Assembly: GCA_035524415.1 (NCBI GenBank)
Contig: DATKOY010000178.1
Coordinates: forward strand, 7,204-71,203
Length of the DNA stretch: 64,000 nt
Direction of reading: 5' to 3'
DNA from: Solirubrobacteraceae bacterium
GTDB taxonomy: Bacteria; Actinomycetota; Thermoleophilia; Solirubrobacterales; Solirubrobacteraceae
Both the position numbers and the translations under genes were made by a program. Of this stretch, positions 22,063-32,376 are shown piece by piece (position 1 is the stretch's first letter; every line of letters begins with the position of its first letter). The notes under the pieces were generated by a model. That model made no database searches and was not told the DNA's origin. It was given only the letters and a program-made list of their open reading frames with translations.

Positions 22063-22428
22063 TCAGCGCCCCGTCGTCACGGTGTCATCGTCGGAGTAGG
22101 CCGGAACGCAGCAGCACAGGAGCACGAGCGGCTCGGACCCGGGATTCCAGAGCTTGTGCGACGTACCGGGCGGGATCACGACGCAGTCGCCGGCGCTCAC
22201 CACGGCTTCGTCGGCGCCGAGCCGCATCCGCCCGGCCCCGGCGACGAAGTAGTACAGCTCCTCGGTGCGCGGGTGATAGTGCTCAGCCGTTTCGCCGCCC
22301 GGCGGTACGGTCGCCTCCGCGAGGCTCTGGTTGCGCACCGGCGTCCACGCCGGCCCCGCCAGTTCCCTGATCGTCGACCCGTCGAGCGTCGTGAACGATC
22401 GGAGGTCGTGGAGGTGTGCCTTCTCCAT
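22063..22428 (-). CDS. Cupin domain protein
   Basis: HYHPRTEELYY and IPPGTSHKLWN metal-binding motifs. Confidence 0.85.
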   Translation of the reverse strand: MEKAHLHDLRSFTTLDGSTIRELAGPAWTPVRNQSLAEATVPPGGETAEHYHPRTEELYYFVAGAGRMRLGADEAVVSAGDCVVIPPGTSHKLWNPGSEPLVLLCCCVPAYSDDDTVTTGR

Positions 22429-23653
22429 CGGGCCCACTATCCCACACGCGATCGAACTCGCCGGTCTCCACGTCGTGCCGGACCGCCTCGTCGATCTCGT
22501 GCTCCGTTGTGTCGGGGTCGGCCCGCCGCATCATGCGCGCGCGCAGGTTCTTGAACTTGAAGATCTCGAGCACGTACACGAGATAGATCGTGGCCGCGAT
22601 CGCGACGAGCGCAAACGCGACCATCACGAGCGACCAGCCCAGCCGGTAGTGGTCATGGTGGTCTGAATAGGGCACGAACCGCAGCGCGAGTGCGACCCCG
22701 GCCAGCAGCACCGTCCACGCATACAGGAACGCCACGGTCTTGCGCTGGCTGTACCCGATTCGGGCCAATCGGTGGTGAAAGTGGTTGGCGTCGGCCGTCC
22801 ACGGCTTGCGCCCGTACTTCAGCCGCTTGGCGATGACGAAGCTCGTGTCGAGGAACGGGACCGCGAGGATCACGAGCGGCAGCGCGAGGGCGGCGACCGC
22901 GCTGGTCTTCAGCGAGCCGATCACGGCGACGACGCCGAGCAGGTACCCGAGCAGGTTCGAGCCCGCGTCGCCCATGAACACCGAGGCCGGATAGAAGTTG
23001 TGAAACAGAAAGCCGAGCGCCGCGCCGGCGCTGATCGCGGCGAGCACCGCAGCGGCGCTCCGCCCGCCCTGCAGGTCGAACGCGATGATCGCGAAGGCGA
23101 TTCCGTCGATCGTGCAGATCCCGGCTGCCAGCCCGTCGACGCCGTCGCTGAAGTTCACGACGTTCATCAGCGCGACGAGCCAGATCACGGTCAGGACGCC
23201 ACCCGTGTTCGGGAACTGCAGCGCCCCCACGAACGGGAGGGTCACGTCGGTGACGACCGCTCCTGCTTCGACGGCGATGATCGCCGCCGCGATCTGGCCG
23301 AGGAGCTTTGCCAGCGGCGGCAGGTCACGGGCATCGTCGATCGCCCCGACGATCGAGATCAGGCAGGCGCCGGCGATCACCGCCCACGTGTTGACCGTGC
23401 CACCCGAGCCGGGAGCTGTGTGCGGCGTGCGCGAGAGCCTGATCGTGTCCGGCATCCAGATCGCGGCCGCAACGAGCACGCCCGCGAGGATCGCCAGCCC
23501 CCCCAGCAGCGGTGTCGTGTGCGTCGCCAACCCGCGCTCGCTCGGCATCGCGACCGCGCCGATCCGCCACGCCAGCCGAGCTGCCAGCGGCGTCAGCAGC
23601 GCCGCGACGGCGGCCGCGACTACGAAGGCGAAGACAGCGTCCCAGTACCGCAT
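22283..23653 (-). CDS. wecA: WecA/TagO (MraY-like GT4) undecaprenyl-phosphate GlcNAc-1-P transferase
   Basis: PLLGG, GAIDD, NFSDGVDGL, VFMGDAGS, DANHFHHRL; ATG start re-called at 23653. Confidence 0.9.
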   Translation of the reverse strand: MRYWDAVFAFVVAAAVAALLTPLAARLAWRIGAVAMPSERGLATHTTPLLGGLAILAGVLVAAAIWMPDTIRLSRTPHTAPGSGGTVNTWAVIAGACLISIVGAIDDARDLPPLAKLLGQIAAAIIAVEAGAVVTDVTLPFVGALQFPNTGGVLTVIWLVALMNVVNFSDGVDGLAAGICTIDGIAFAIIAFDLQGGRSAAAVLAAISAGAALGFLFHNFYPASVFMGDAGSNLLGYLLGVVAVIGSLKTSAVAALALPLVILAVPFLDTSFVIAKRLKYGRKPWTADANHFHHRLARIGYSQRKTVAFLYAWTVLLAGVALALRFVPYSDHHDHYRLGWSLVMVAFALVAIAATIYLVYVLEIFKFKNLRARMMRRADPDTTEHEIDEAVRHDVETGEFDRVWDSGPDGEGTPPRPPIVHDARRVDDQGTGGAGVDAGAQPEPRGGDRTAGRRNG

Positions 23654-23864
23654 CGACCCGGCGTAGGATGGCAGCCGGGGGCGATTGCTCGCGCTCGCGC
23701 CGGGGCTCGTGCCCGGTCGGAGGCCCGAATCACGGCGAGGCGGGGTGCGGGTTCCCACGGATCCGATCCACCCGCGAGTACCGATGCAGCCTCCGCAGGG
23801 ACAGCTCATCATGGATCTGCGCGCCGGGGAGAGGCGGAGACACCTCACTCGAGAGGAGGTTCTG

Positions 23865-24566
23865 ATGCGGCGGATTCGCATACACACTCCGTCTCCGGCG
23901 ATGGTGGTCGCGCTCGTGGCGCTGTTCGTTGCCCTGGGCAGCGGCGCATACGCCGCGATCACGCTCCCGGCCAACAGCGTCGGCACCAAGCAGCTGAAGA
24001 ATCGCGCCGTGACGGCCCAGAAGGTCAAGACGCACTCGCTGCTGAGTTCGAACTTCAAGCCCGGCCAGCTCCCGCAGGGGCCGAAGGGCGACCCGGGACC
24101 GAAGGGCGACAAGGGGGACAAGGGCGTCACCGGCGCGAGCGGACCGTCGGGTCCGGGCGCGACGTTCAAGGGGGCGTGGAAGACGACCAACCAGACGATC
24201 GGGAGCGGCTGCACCACCTACCTCAACGTCTCGATCTATGCGTCGACTCCGGGCACGGTCATGGTGACCGGTCAGATCTCGATCAACCTCGATCACACGC
24301 AGGGGACGGTTGATCTGATGGTCGCTGACCTCGGCACCTGGATCGTGGACTGCGGCAACGCGTCGACGCAGTACGAGCGGCTCATCAACCCGAGTCTCCC
24401 GACGGACCCAGCATACGAAGAGACGGCGACGATGGCCCACTACTACACGATCAAGAAGGCCGGCCTCTACACCTATTACATGAACGCCGCAGTGACCGAT
24501 GGCCAGGATCCGGGCGATCAGTTCAAGTGGGGCACGATGACCGCCGTGTTCTTCCCGAACCCGTAG
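23865..24566 (+). CDS. Secreted protein with short collagen-like Gly-X-Y stretch
   Basis: RBS GAGGAGGT; PSPAMVVALVALFVALGSGAYAA signal; GPKGDPGPKGDKGDKG. Confidence 0.8.
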   Translation: MRRIRIHTPSPAMVVALVALFVALGSGAYAAITLPANSVGTKQLKNRAVTAQKVKTHSLLSSNFKPGQLPQGPKGDPGPKGDKGDKGVTGASGPSGPGATFKGAWKTTNQTIGSGCTTYLNVSIYASTPGTVMVTGQISINLDHTQGTVDLMVADLGTWIVDCGNASTQYERLINPSLPTDPAYEETATMAHYYTIKKAGLYTYYMNAAVTDGQDPGDQFKWGTMTAVFFPNP

Positions 24567-24601
24567 GTCGCCCCCGCCTCCGCGAGCGCCGCTGCCGAGG
24601 C

Positions 24602-25903
24602 TCAGACGATCGCGGGCGCGCCGAGGCCGGCGTAGAGCGGGTAGCGGTCGGCGATCGCGGCCGTGCGCTCGGTCAGCTCGGCGCGCCGCTGCTCGAAGCC
24701 CTCGGGCTGCAGCGCGGTCGCGATGACCTTGCCGATCTCGACGAAGTCCTCGACCTGCAGCCCGCGCGTCGCCAGCGCCGGCGTCCCGATCCGCAATCCC
24801 GATGACACGGCCGGCGGGCGCGGGTCGAACGGGACGGCGTTGCGATTGACGGTGATCCCGATCTCCGCGAGCCGGTTCTCGGCCTCCTGGCCGTTCAGCG
24901 ACGACTCGCGCAGATCGCACAGGACGAGGTGGACGTCGGTGCCGCCGGTCAACACGTTGACGCCGGCGCCCGCGGACAACAGCTCGTTGGCGACCGCGCG
25001 CGCACCGGCGACCGTCCGCTCCTGCCGCTCCCGGAACGCATCCGACGCGGCGATCCGCAAGGCGACGGCTTTGCCGGCGATGACGTGCTCGAGCGGGCCG
25101 CCCTGCTGCCCGGGAAACACGGCCGAGTTGATCGGCTTGGCCAGCTCCTCCGTGCAGAGAATCATCCCGCCCCGGCCGCCGCCGATCGTCTTGTGGATCG
25201 TCGTCGTGACGATCTGCGCGTGCGGGACGGGGTTCGGGTGCAGGTCGGCCGCGACGAGGCCGGCGAAGTGCGCCATGTCGACCATCAGGTAGGCGCCGAC
25301 CGCATCGGCGATCGCGCGGAAACGCTCGAAGTCGAGGAACCGCGGGTACGCCGACCAACCCGCGATGATCAGCTTGGGCCGGCGCTCGTGCGCGATCTGC
25401 TCGACCCCGTCCATGTCGATCAGGCTCGTCTCGCGATCGACGTGGTACGGCGCGATGTCGTACAGGCGGCCGGAGACGTTGATCTTCATCCCGTGCGTGA
25501 GATGGCCGCCGTGGGCGAGCTCGAGCCCCATCACGGTGTCGCCGGGCGACAGCAACGCGTGGAACACGGCGGCGTTCGCCTGGGCTCCCGAATGCGGCTG
25601 CACATTCGCGTGCTCGGCGCCGAACAGCGCCTTCGCCCGGTCGATCGCGAGCTGCTCGGCGACATCGACGTGCTCGCAGCCCCCGTAGTACCGCTTGCCG
25701 GGGTAGCCCTCTGCGTACTTGTTCGTGAGCACCGAGCCCTGGCACTCGAGCACCGATACGGGTACGAAGTTCTCCGAGGCGATCATCTCGAGCGTGCGCT
25801 GCTGGCGCTCGAGCTCGAGCGCCAGCACCTCGGCGATCTCCGGATCGACCTCGGCGAGCGGCCGGTTGAAGTAGTCCTGAGGAAGCTCCACTCCCATGCG
25901 CAC
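24602..25903 (-). CDS. glyA: Serine hydroxymethyltransferase
   Basis: [37 protein letters not shown]. Confidence 0.97.
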   Translation of the reverse strand: MRMGVELPQDYFNRPLAEVDPEIAEVLALELERQQRTLEMIASENFVPVSVLECQGSVLTNKYAEGYPGKRYYGGCEHVDVAEQLAIDRAKALFGAEHANVQPHSGAQANAAVFHALLSPGDTVMGLELAHGGHLTHGMKINVSGRLYDIAPYHVDRETSLIDMDGVEQIAHERRPKLIIAGWSAYPRFLDFERFRAIADAVGAYLMVDMAHFAGLVAADLHPNPVPHAQIVTTTIHKTIGGGRGGMILCTEELAKPINSAVFPGQQGGPLEHVIAGKAVALRIAASDAFRERQERTVAGARAVANELLSAGAGVNVLTGGTDVHLVLCDLRESSLNGQEAENRLAEIGITVNRNAVPFDPRPPAVSSGLRIGTPALATRGLQVEDFVEIGKVIATALQPEGFEQRRAELTERTAAIADRYPLYAGLGAPAIV

Positions 25904-25958
25904 GTGCCGACGATATCAGCGGCAGTGGCGGGCACGATAGCGACCCCCGCCGGCCGCC

Positions 25959-26564
25959 TCAGCCGAGCGCGTCGCGGAGCTCGTCGCCCCCCACCTGACC
26001 GGCTCGGACGACGCTCCACTCCCCCTCGAGCTCGTAGCCCCGCATGTCGACGACGGTCGACGGCGTCCCGGGCAACTCACCGCCGTCGATCACGAGATCG
26101 ACCGCTCGCAGCAGGAGTTCCGGGACGTCGGCCAGACGCGGCGGATCGGGCCCCCCGGCGCGATTGGCGCTCGACTGCAGTGCCGGCCAGCGGACCTCGG
26201 CGAAGCGCTCCACGGCGGGCACCCGCACGCCGAGCGCGCCGGGGTCATCGCCGCATGCAAGCGCGAATCGCCGCGCCGGGTTGGCGAGCAGCAGCGTCAG
26301 CGGCCCGGGCAGCATCCGCTGCATCGCCGAGCGCGTGCGGGGGCCGAGCTCGGGCAGCGCCGCCAGTGCAAGGTCGAGGTCGAAGAACATCACCGCGGAC
26401 GGCTTCGCGAGCGGGCGGCGCTTGAGCAGGTACAGCCGCTCGACCGCGAAGCGGTTGCCCGGGTCGCACGCCAATCCGTAGACCGTATCGGCGGGAAACA
26501 GCGCCAGGCCGCCGACAGCGAGGCAGCGCTCGAACGCCTCCGCGTCGTCGGACGACGTGCTCAC
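25959..26564 (-). CDS. tsaC: L-threonylcarbamoyladenylate synthase (TsaC/Sua5/YrdC)
   Basis: FPADTVYGL, LKRRP..KP, PGPLT, SSAN, PSTVVD. Confidence 0.88.
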   Translation of the reverse strand: MSTSSDDAEAFERCLAVGGLALFPADTVYGLACDPGNRFAVERLYLLKRRPLAKPSAVMFFDLDLALAALPELGPRTRSAMQRMLPGPLTLLLANPARRFALACGDDPGALGVRVPAVERFAEVRWPALQSSANRAGGPDPPRLADVPELLLRAVDLVIDGGELPGTPSTVVDMRGYELEGEWSVVRAGQVGGDELRDALG

Positions 26565-27397
26565 CGCCGGCCGGTGATCACGCGCTGGTGTCCGGCCAGG
26601 TCGCGCAGGCGCCGGATCGCGCCGAATCCGGCCGCGCGCAGCAGCGCCGCGACCTCATCGCCCTGCTCGGAGCCGATCTCGAGCGCGACGTACGGGACGC
26701 CGGCGAGCCGGCCGACGAGGCGCCGGATCACCTCGAGGCCGTCGGCGCCGGCGAACAGCGCGTCGCGCGGCTCATACAGCGCGATCTCGGGCGCGAGGAC
26801 CGCGCCCTCCGCGACGTACGGAAGGTTCGCCAGCACAGCGTCGAACGGCGGAAGCCCGTCGAGCAGATCGGTCCGCACGAGCCGCACCTCGAGCCCGAGT
26901 CGGGCGGCGTTGGCGCGCGCGAGCGCGACCGCATCCTCGCTCGCATCAACCCCCCACACCGACAGATCGGGGCGCTCATCCTTGAGCGCCAGGGCGACCG
27001 CGCCGCTGCCGGTGCCGACGTCGACGACAGACGCGCTCGCGGGCAGCACGAGGCCCACCTCGACGAGCAACTCGGTCTCCGGCCGCGGGATCAGCACCCG
27101 GCGATCGACGTCGAGCTCGATCCGGCGGAACGCGCGGCGGCCGAGGATGTAGGCCACGGGCTCGCGCGCCGCCCGCCGCGCCAGCAGGGCCTCGAACGCC
27201 TCGAGCGCCGCCGCGTCCAGCACCCGACCGGCGTCGAGCACGAGGCGCGCCCGGTCGACCCCGAGCACCGCCGCCAGCAGCAGCTCCGCGTCCAGCCGCG
27301 GGGTGTCGCATCCGGCAGCGGCAAGGGTGGCTGCGCCACCCCCAAGAACCGCTCGAATCGTCGCGCGACGCTCCAGGGTGGCCTCGCCGTCAGGCAA
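26561..27397 (-). CDS. prmC: Release factor glutamine methyltransferase
   Basis: EPVAYILG, LIPRPETE, DVGTGSG, ANLPY; TTG start after GAGGAG overlaps prfA end. Confidence 0.93.
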   Translation of the reverse strand: MPDGEATLERRATIRAVLGGGAATLAAAGCDTPRLDAELLLAAVLGVDRARLVLDAGRVLDAAALEAFEALLARRAAREPVAYILGRRAFRRIELDVDRRVLIPRPETELLVEVGLVLPASASVVDVGTGSGAVALALKDERPDLSVWGVDASEDAVALARANAARLGLEVRLVRTDLLDGLPPFDAVLANLPYVAEGAVLAPEIALYEPRDALFAGADGLEVIRRLVGRLAGVPYVALEIGSEQGDEVAALLRAAGFGAIRRLRDLAGHQRVITGRR

Positions 27398-28448
27398 TCG
27401 CGCGCTCCTCGAGCCGACGGCGCTTCTCGTCATCCTGCAGCGCGGCCGTCAGCTCGTCGAGCTCGCCGAGCAGGATCGCGTCGAGGTTGTGCACGAGCAG
27501 GTTGATCCGGTGGTCCTTGACCCGCTTCTCCTGGAAGTTGTACGTGCGGATCTTCTCCGCCCGCTCGCCGGTCCCGACCTGCGCCTGGCGCGAGGCGTCG
27601 ATCGACGCCTGCTGCTCAGCCAGCGCGCGCTCGTACAGCCGCGCGCGCAGCACCCGCATCGCCCGCTCGCGATTCTGCAGTTGGGACTTCTCGTCCTGCA
27701 TCGAGACGACGATGCCGCTGGGCTTGTGCGTGATCCGGACCGCCGAATCGGTCGTGTTGACCGACTGCCCACCGGGCCCGGAGCTGCGGTAGACGTCGAT
27801 CTGCAGATCGCCGGGATCGATCTCGACCTCGACGTCGTCGGCCTCGGGCAGCACCGCGACGGTCGCCGTCGAGGTGTGGATGCGGCCCTGGGACTCCGTT
27901 TCGGGGACGCGCTGGACCCGGTGCGTCCCGCCTTCGAACTTGAACACCGAATACGCGCCGTTGGGTGGGCGGGACTTGATTTCGAACGTGTATGTCCCGT
28001 CGCCGACCGACAGCGTCTCGACGGCGAAGCCGCGCCGCTCGGCGTAGCGGGTCAGCATCCGGTAGAGGTCGCCGGCCCACAGCCCGGCCTCGTCCCCACC
28101 CGCACCGGGCCGGATCTCGACGATCACGTTCTTGTCGTCGTTCGGATCCCGCTCGACCATCGCCAGGCGGATCTCATCCTCGAGCGACCGGATCTGCTCG
28201 CGCGAGGACTCGAGCAGCGCGCGCAGCTCGGGGTCGTCCCCGTCCTCGTCGAGCAGTTCGCGCGCGCCCGCGAGGTCGTCCGCCGCGCGGCGGTACTCGC
28301 CCGCGAGCCTCGCAGCCGGCTCGAGCTCGCTGTAGGCGCGGCTCGCGGCCGTGAACCGCTCGCGGTCGGCGATCGCGGCAGGGTCCGACAGCTCCTGCTC
28401 GAGTTCGCTGAAGCGCGCCTCGATCTGTGCGACCAGGTCGTCGATCAT
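27390..28448 (-). CDS. prfA: Peptide chain release factor 1
   Basis: HRVQRVPETE (PxT), GPGGQSVN, KIRTYNF. Confidence 0.97.
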   Translation of the reverse strand: MIDDLVAQIEARFSELEQELSDPAAIADRERFTAASRAYSELEPAARLAGEYRRAADDLAGARELLDEDGDDPELRALLESSREQIRSLEDEIRLAMVERDPNDDKNVIVEIRPGAGGDEAGLWAGDLYRMLTRYAERRGFAVETLSVGDGTYTFEIKSRPPNGAYSVFKFEGGTHRVQRVPETESQGRIHTSTATVAVLPEADDVEVEIDPGDLQIDVYRSSGPGGQSVNTTDSAVRITHKPSGIVVSMQDEKSQLQNRERAMRVLRARLYERALAEQQASIDASRQAQVGTGERAEKIRTYNFQEKRVKDHRINLLVHNLDAILLGELDELTAALQDDEKRRRLEERAIA

Positions 28449-28476
28449 CGTGAATCGAGTGTAGGCGGCGGGACCG

Positions 28477-29502
28477 CTACGCGACGACCTCGACGCCGGC
28501 CATGTCCGCGGCCGACATCTGGTCCGGCGTCTCGACCGCGAGCACCGACTCGAGCGCCGCGATCGACACCGCAAGCTGGTCGAGACTGGGCTCACGCGTC
28601 GTCAGCTTCTGCAGCTGGAGCCCGGGCCACATGATCGCCTGCACCCAGCGCTTGCGCCGGTTGCGCCCCGCCCACTTGATCACCTCGAACGACAGGCCGG
28701 CGATCAGCGGCACGCCGAGGATCCGGGTCAGCACGAGCAGCCACCAGGCCGGCAGCCCGATCGGCGCGAACACGAAGATCGCCATGATCATCACGATCAG
28801 CAGGAAGCTCGTGCCGCAGCGGGGATGCAGGCGCGAGTACAGCTTCGCGCGCGCCGGCGTCAGCTCGTCGGAGGCCTCGAAGCACGAGATCACCTTGTGC
28901 TCGGCGCCGTGGTATTCGAACACGCGGCGCAGGTCCCGCAAGCGCGAGAGCAGCAGCAGGTAGCCGAGAAAGATCGCCGTGCGCAGCACCCCCTCGACGA
29001 GCCAGAACAGGACCGACGAGCCAAGCTGGTCCTTGATCAGCGACGTCAGGCCGACCGGCACGACGAAGAACAGCCCGACCGCGAACAGCACCGCGACCGC
29101 GACCGTCCCGGCCCAGGCGCCGCCGGAGATCTCCTGTTGCTCCTCGGGCAGCTGCGCGTTCGCGGAGAATCCGAGCGCGCGCAGGCCGATGCCGAGTGAC
29201 TCGACCAGCGCGACCACGCCGCGGATCACCGGCCAGCGATACACGCGCCGGCGCTTGCTCCAGGACACGAGCGGGAACCGGCGCACGTCGATCGGGCCGA
29301 GCGCGCCCGCCTCGCCGGGCTTGCGCACGGCCACGGCCCAGTTCGCGACGCCGCGCATCATCACCCCCTCGAGCACAGCCTGGCCGCCGAGCGGCGCGTC
29401 TCGCGATGCGGTCAGGCGGCCCTCAGACACGCCCGCGCCGCCCGCGGGAGCCGGGACCGAGCCGGACGCGGCCAGGTCTCCATTCCCGACCCCCTCGCTC
29501 AA
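28477..29502 (-). CDS. DUF1385 membrane protein
   Basis: GGQAVLEGVMMR, YHGAEHK, HPRCGTSF, TTREP; usual position between rpmE and prfA. Confidence 0.9.
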   Translation of the reverse strand: MSEGVGNGDLAASGSVPAPAGGAGVSEGRLTASRDAPLGGQAVLEGVMMRGVANWAVAVRKPGEAGALGPIDVRRFPLVSWSKRRRVYRWPVIRGVVALVESLGIGLRALGFSANAQLPEEQQEISGGAWAGTVAVAVLFAVGLFFVVPVGLTSLIKDQLGSSVLFWLVEGVLRTAIFLGYLLLLSRLRDLRRVFEYHGAEHKVISCFEASDELTPARAKLYSRLHPRCGTSFLLIVMIMAIFVFAPIGLPAWWLLVLTRILGVPLIAGLSFEVIKWAGRNRRKRWVQAIMWPGLQLQKLTTREPSLDQLAVSIAALESVLAVETPDQMSAADMAGVEVVA

Positions 29503-29520
29503 CTGATGACTCCCCGGCGC

Positions 29521-29751
29521 CTACGTGCCGGACGCTGCTCGCGCCGTGCGCCGGCCCTTCGCCACGCGGCGCTGGAAGCGCTCGACACGTCCCCCGGTGT
29601 CAACGAGCTTCTGGCGGCCCGTGTAGAAGGGATGGCAGGCGGAACAGATCTCGACGTGGATCTCCGGCTTGGTCGATCGCGTCGTGAACTCGTTGCCGCA
29701 TGTGCAGCGGACGTGCGCCTCTACGTATTCGGGATGGATCTCTGTCTTCAT
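29521..29751 (-). CDS. rpmE: 50S ribosomal protein L31 (Zn-binding type)
   Basis: [23 protein letters not shown]. Confidence 0.97.
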   Translation of the reverse strand: MKTEIHPEYVEAHVRCTCGNEFTTRSTKPEIHVEICSACHPFYTGRQKLVDTGGRVERFQRRVAKGRRTARAASGT

Positions 29752-29787
29752 CGTGCGATCTAGTCTAGTGCGTCCACGCGCGGGATC

Positions 29788-30573
29788 CTACGTCCCCGGC
29801 GTCGCGGGACAGACGGCCGTCAGCTGGTTGTTCGCCCGGTTGAAGTCATTGACCGCGCCGGCCGGATCGACGGTCACGCTCGGCGCCGAGCTCGGGTTGC
29901 AGACCGGTCCCACGAACGCTTCCTGTAGGCGCCGGTGCGCGCGCAATCCGAGCTCCGAGCGCGTCGTCACCGGCAGGCCTCCCCCCGGCGCGAACAGCAC
30001 GTCGAACGGTCCCGCCGCGGTCGCGCCCGCGTTGATGATCACCACCACGTAGCGGTTCATGTTGGGACGCTTCGGCAGCGCCTGGACGGTGATCGACTGC
30101 ACCTGCAGGTCCGGACGAAGCTCGGGCTGGGCGCAGGTCGGGGTCGTGCGCTGCACGCTGCCAAGGACGCGATCGCCGGCGCCGAGCCAGCGGAACGTGG
30201 CCTGCAGCCTGTACGCCGCCGGCGCCGCGAGGTCGGACACCGACTTGTGGAGCTTCCAGACATCGCCGCTGCGCTGTCCGAGCGTCGGATCGGTCGGCGA
30301 GACCCACGTGTCGAGATTCGTGCCGGGGACCACCGTGAATGGGGTCCCTGGAGACGTGCGCGAGAGAAGCACCCACCGCTCCTGGAGCTTGCGTGTCCGG
30401 AGCAGCGGACGCATCAGCGCCCACACCGAGATCTGGCGCGAGATCGGCGAGACCGCGCGGTGGCAGGAGAAATTGCGCAGCTGCGCGCGCGGCAGCGCCG
30501 CGCCGACCGAGCCGGTCGGCAGCGCGACGAGCGCAAGCGCCGCGACGCCGACGACGACGACGAATCGCTTCAT
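29788..30573 (-). CDS. Secreted protein with C-terminal CARDB-like Ig domain
   Basis: Signal peptide; PDLQV...NAGATAAGPF...VDP....DFNRANN. Confidence 0.7.
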   Translation of the reverse strand: MKRFVVVVGVAALALVALPTGSVGAALPRAQLRNFSCHRAVSPISRQISVWALMRPLLRTRKLQERWVLLSRTSPGTPFTVVPGTNLDTWVSPTDPTLGQRSGDVWKLHKSVSDLAAPAAYRLQATFRWLGAGDRVLGSVQRTTPTCAQPELRPDLQVQSITVQALPKRPNMNRYVVVIINAGATAAGPFDVLFAPGGGLPVTTRSELGLRAHRRLQEAFVGPVCNPSSAPSVTVDPAGAVNDFNRANNQLTAVCPATPGT

Positions 30574-30581
30574 GCTTGGTT

Positions 30582-30622
30582 AACAAGTGAGAAGGCCGGA
30601 AGTTTCCGCCCGGCCTGCTCAC
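30582..30622 (-). terminator. Probable intrinsic terminator of etf operon
   Basis: Minus-strand hairpin GTGAGCAGGCCGG...CCGGCCTTCTCAC followed by TTGTT, just after the ETF:QO stop. Confidence 0.6.
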
Positions 30623-30630
30623 GACGGCGT

Positions 30631-32370
30631 CTATGTGAGCTGGTACAGCGGCCCGTCGCCGCCCTCCGGAGGGGTGAGCCGCCCGCCCTTCGCGGTGATC
30701 GCTCCGCACTGCACGCAGTTGGTGTAGTTGACGATCACGTCGACCGGCCCCGCCTCGGGCGCATCGTCGGGGAGCTCGTAGACGCCGGCCGGGCACATCC
30801 ACCGCCAGCCCTCGGCGATCTCCCGCGGCACGTTCTTGCGCACCCGGATGTGGTTCGGCGCGTCGTCACGGGTCGCGTTGCCCGAGATGTAGACCGACGA
30901 GAGCTTGTCGAAGATGTACTTGCCGTCGGGCTTCGGGTAGCTGTCCGCGGTCTTGCCGACGAACAGCGGCTGTTCGTCGTTGCGGTGCCACTCGAGCCGG
31001 CCGCCCGGGAGCTTCCCCTTCGTCGCGATCGACAGGTTGACCATCGGGGCGCCCTTGATGAAGCCCTTCGAGAATGGCTGGCGCGTGTTGCGAACCTGGT
31101 AGAGCTCCTTGCCGATCGAGGACTCCTCGACCGCCTCCTCGTATGCGCTCAGCGACTGGCCGCTCTTGAGCGACCGGTAGATCGCGTCGCCGGCGAGGAT
31201 CCCGGACTTGATGCAGTGATGCACGCCCTTCAGCGCGACCGTGTCGACCATGCCGGCGGCATCGCCGACGAGCAGCGCACCGGGCATCGTCAGTTTCGGC
31301 ATCGACCAGTAACCGCCGCCGGGCAGCGCCTTCGCGCCCCAGCCGACGCGCTCGCCGCCGTCGAGGATGCCCTTGACGAGCGGATGGGTCTTGAACAGCT
31401 GGAGCAGGTCGTGCGCCGAGGTGGTCGCGTCGCGATACTCGAGATCCACGACGAAGCCGATGCTGACGAGATCGTCGCCGGTCTTCTCATCCTTCATCGG
31501 GTAGATCCAGGTGCCGCCGATCTGGCCGTACTTGGCTGACAGCTTCAGCGGCCACGGTCCGATCGTGTGGATCACGCGGTCAAGGGGCTTGGAGACCTTC
31601 CAGACCTCCTTGACCCCGAGCTCCCACACCTGCGGCTCGCGGCCCTCGGCCAAGCCGAACTCCTTGATCGCCGCGCCGGTGAGATGGCCCCAGCAGCCCT
31701 CGGCGAGCACCGTCACGCGCGCACCCATGTCGGTGCCGGGCTCGAAGTTGCGCAGCGGCTCGCCGTCCTTGCCGCGCCCCTTGTCGCCGGAGCGCACCCC
31801 GACGACCTTGCCGTCGTCGACGATCAGCTGTGCGGCCGAGGTCTCGGTGAGGACGTACGCCCCGCCCTCCTCTGCCAGCTTCTGCTGAAAGCGCGCGAGC
31901 GCCGACACCGACACCACCTCGTTGCCGTGGTTCTTGAACGGAGGCGGCGTCGGGATGCGCAGCTTCGCCGCGCCGTTCACGAGCATGTACACGGCTTCCT
32001 TGGTGACCTCGCCGAACCCGAAGCGCTCCTTGCGCCAGTCCTCCCGGCTCATGTCGGGGAACAGCTCCTGCAGCGGCCCCGGACGCATCACCGCGCCCGA
32101 CAGGTTGTGGCCGCCGCAGGTCTTCGCCTTCTCGATCACCGCGACTGGGACCTCGCCCAGCTTCTCCATCGTCTCAGGGTCGTCCCCCAGCAGTTGCAGC
32201 AGGCGGTTCGCGCATGCGAGCCCGGCCGTGCCCCCGCCGACGATCGCCACGCCGACGTCGATGCGCTCGTCCTCAGAATCGAGCCCGCGCTTGATGAACT
32301 CCTTGACGGGGTCGACCGGGGGCGGGAACTCGCTCGGTGCGTGCGGCCCGGAGCCGTTGTGGGACGACAT
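30631..32370 (-). CDS. Electron transfer flavoprotein-quinone oxidoreductase
   Basis: GGGTAG FAD motif, LGVKEVW, KGVH, 4Fe-4S CPAGVYE...NCVQCG, PEGGDGP. Confidence 0.92.
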   Translation of the reverse strand: MSSHNGSGPHAPSEFPPPVDPVKEFIKRGLDSEDERIDVGVAIVGGGTAGLACANRLLQLLGDDPETMEKLGEVPVAVIEKAKTCGGHNLSGAVMRPGPLQELFPDMSREDWRKERFGFGEVTKEAVYMLVNGAAKLRIPTPPPFKNHGNEVVSVSALARFQQKLAEEGGAYVLTETSAAQLIVDDGKVVGVRSGDKGRGKDGEPLRNFEPGTDMGARVTVLAEGCWGHLTGAAIKEFGLAEGREPQVWELGVKEVWKVSKPLDRVIHTIGPWPLKLSAKYGQIGGTWIYPMKDEKTGDDLVSIGFVVDLEYRDATTSAHDLLQLFKTHPLVKGILDGGERVGWGAKALPGGGYWSMPKLTMPGALLVGDAAGMVDTVALKGVHHCIKSGILAGDAIYRSLKSGQSLSAYEEAVEESSIGKELYQVRNTRQPFSKGFIKGAPMVNLSIATKGKLPGGRLEWHRNDEQPLFVGKTADSYPKPDGKYIFDKLSSVYISGNATRDDAPNHIRVRKNVPREIAEGWRWMCPAGVYELPDDAPEAGPVDVIVNYTNCVQCGAITAKGGRLTPPEGGDGPLYQLT

Positions 32371-32376
32371 GGTGGA

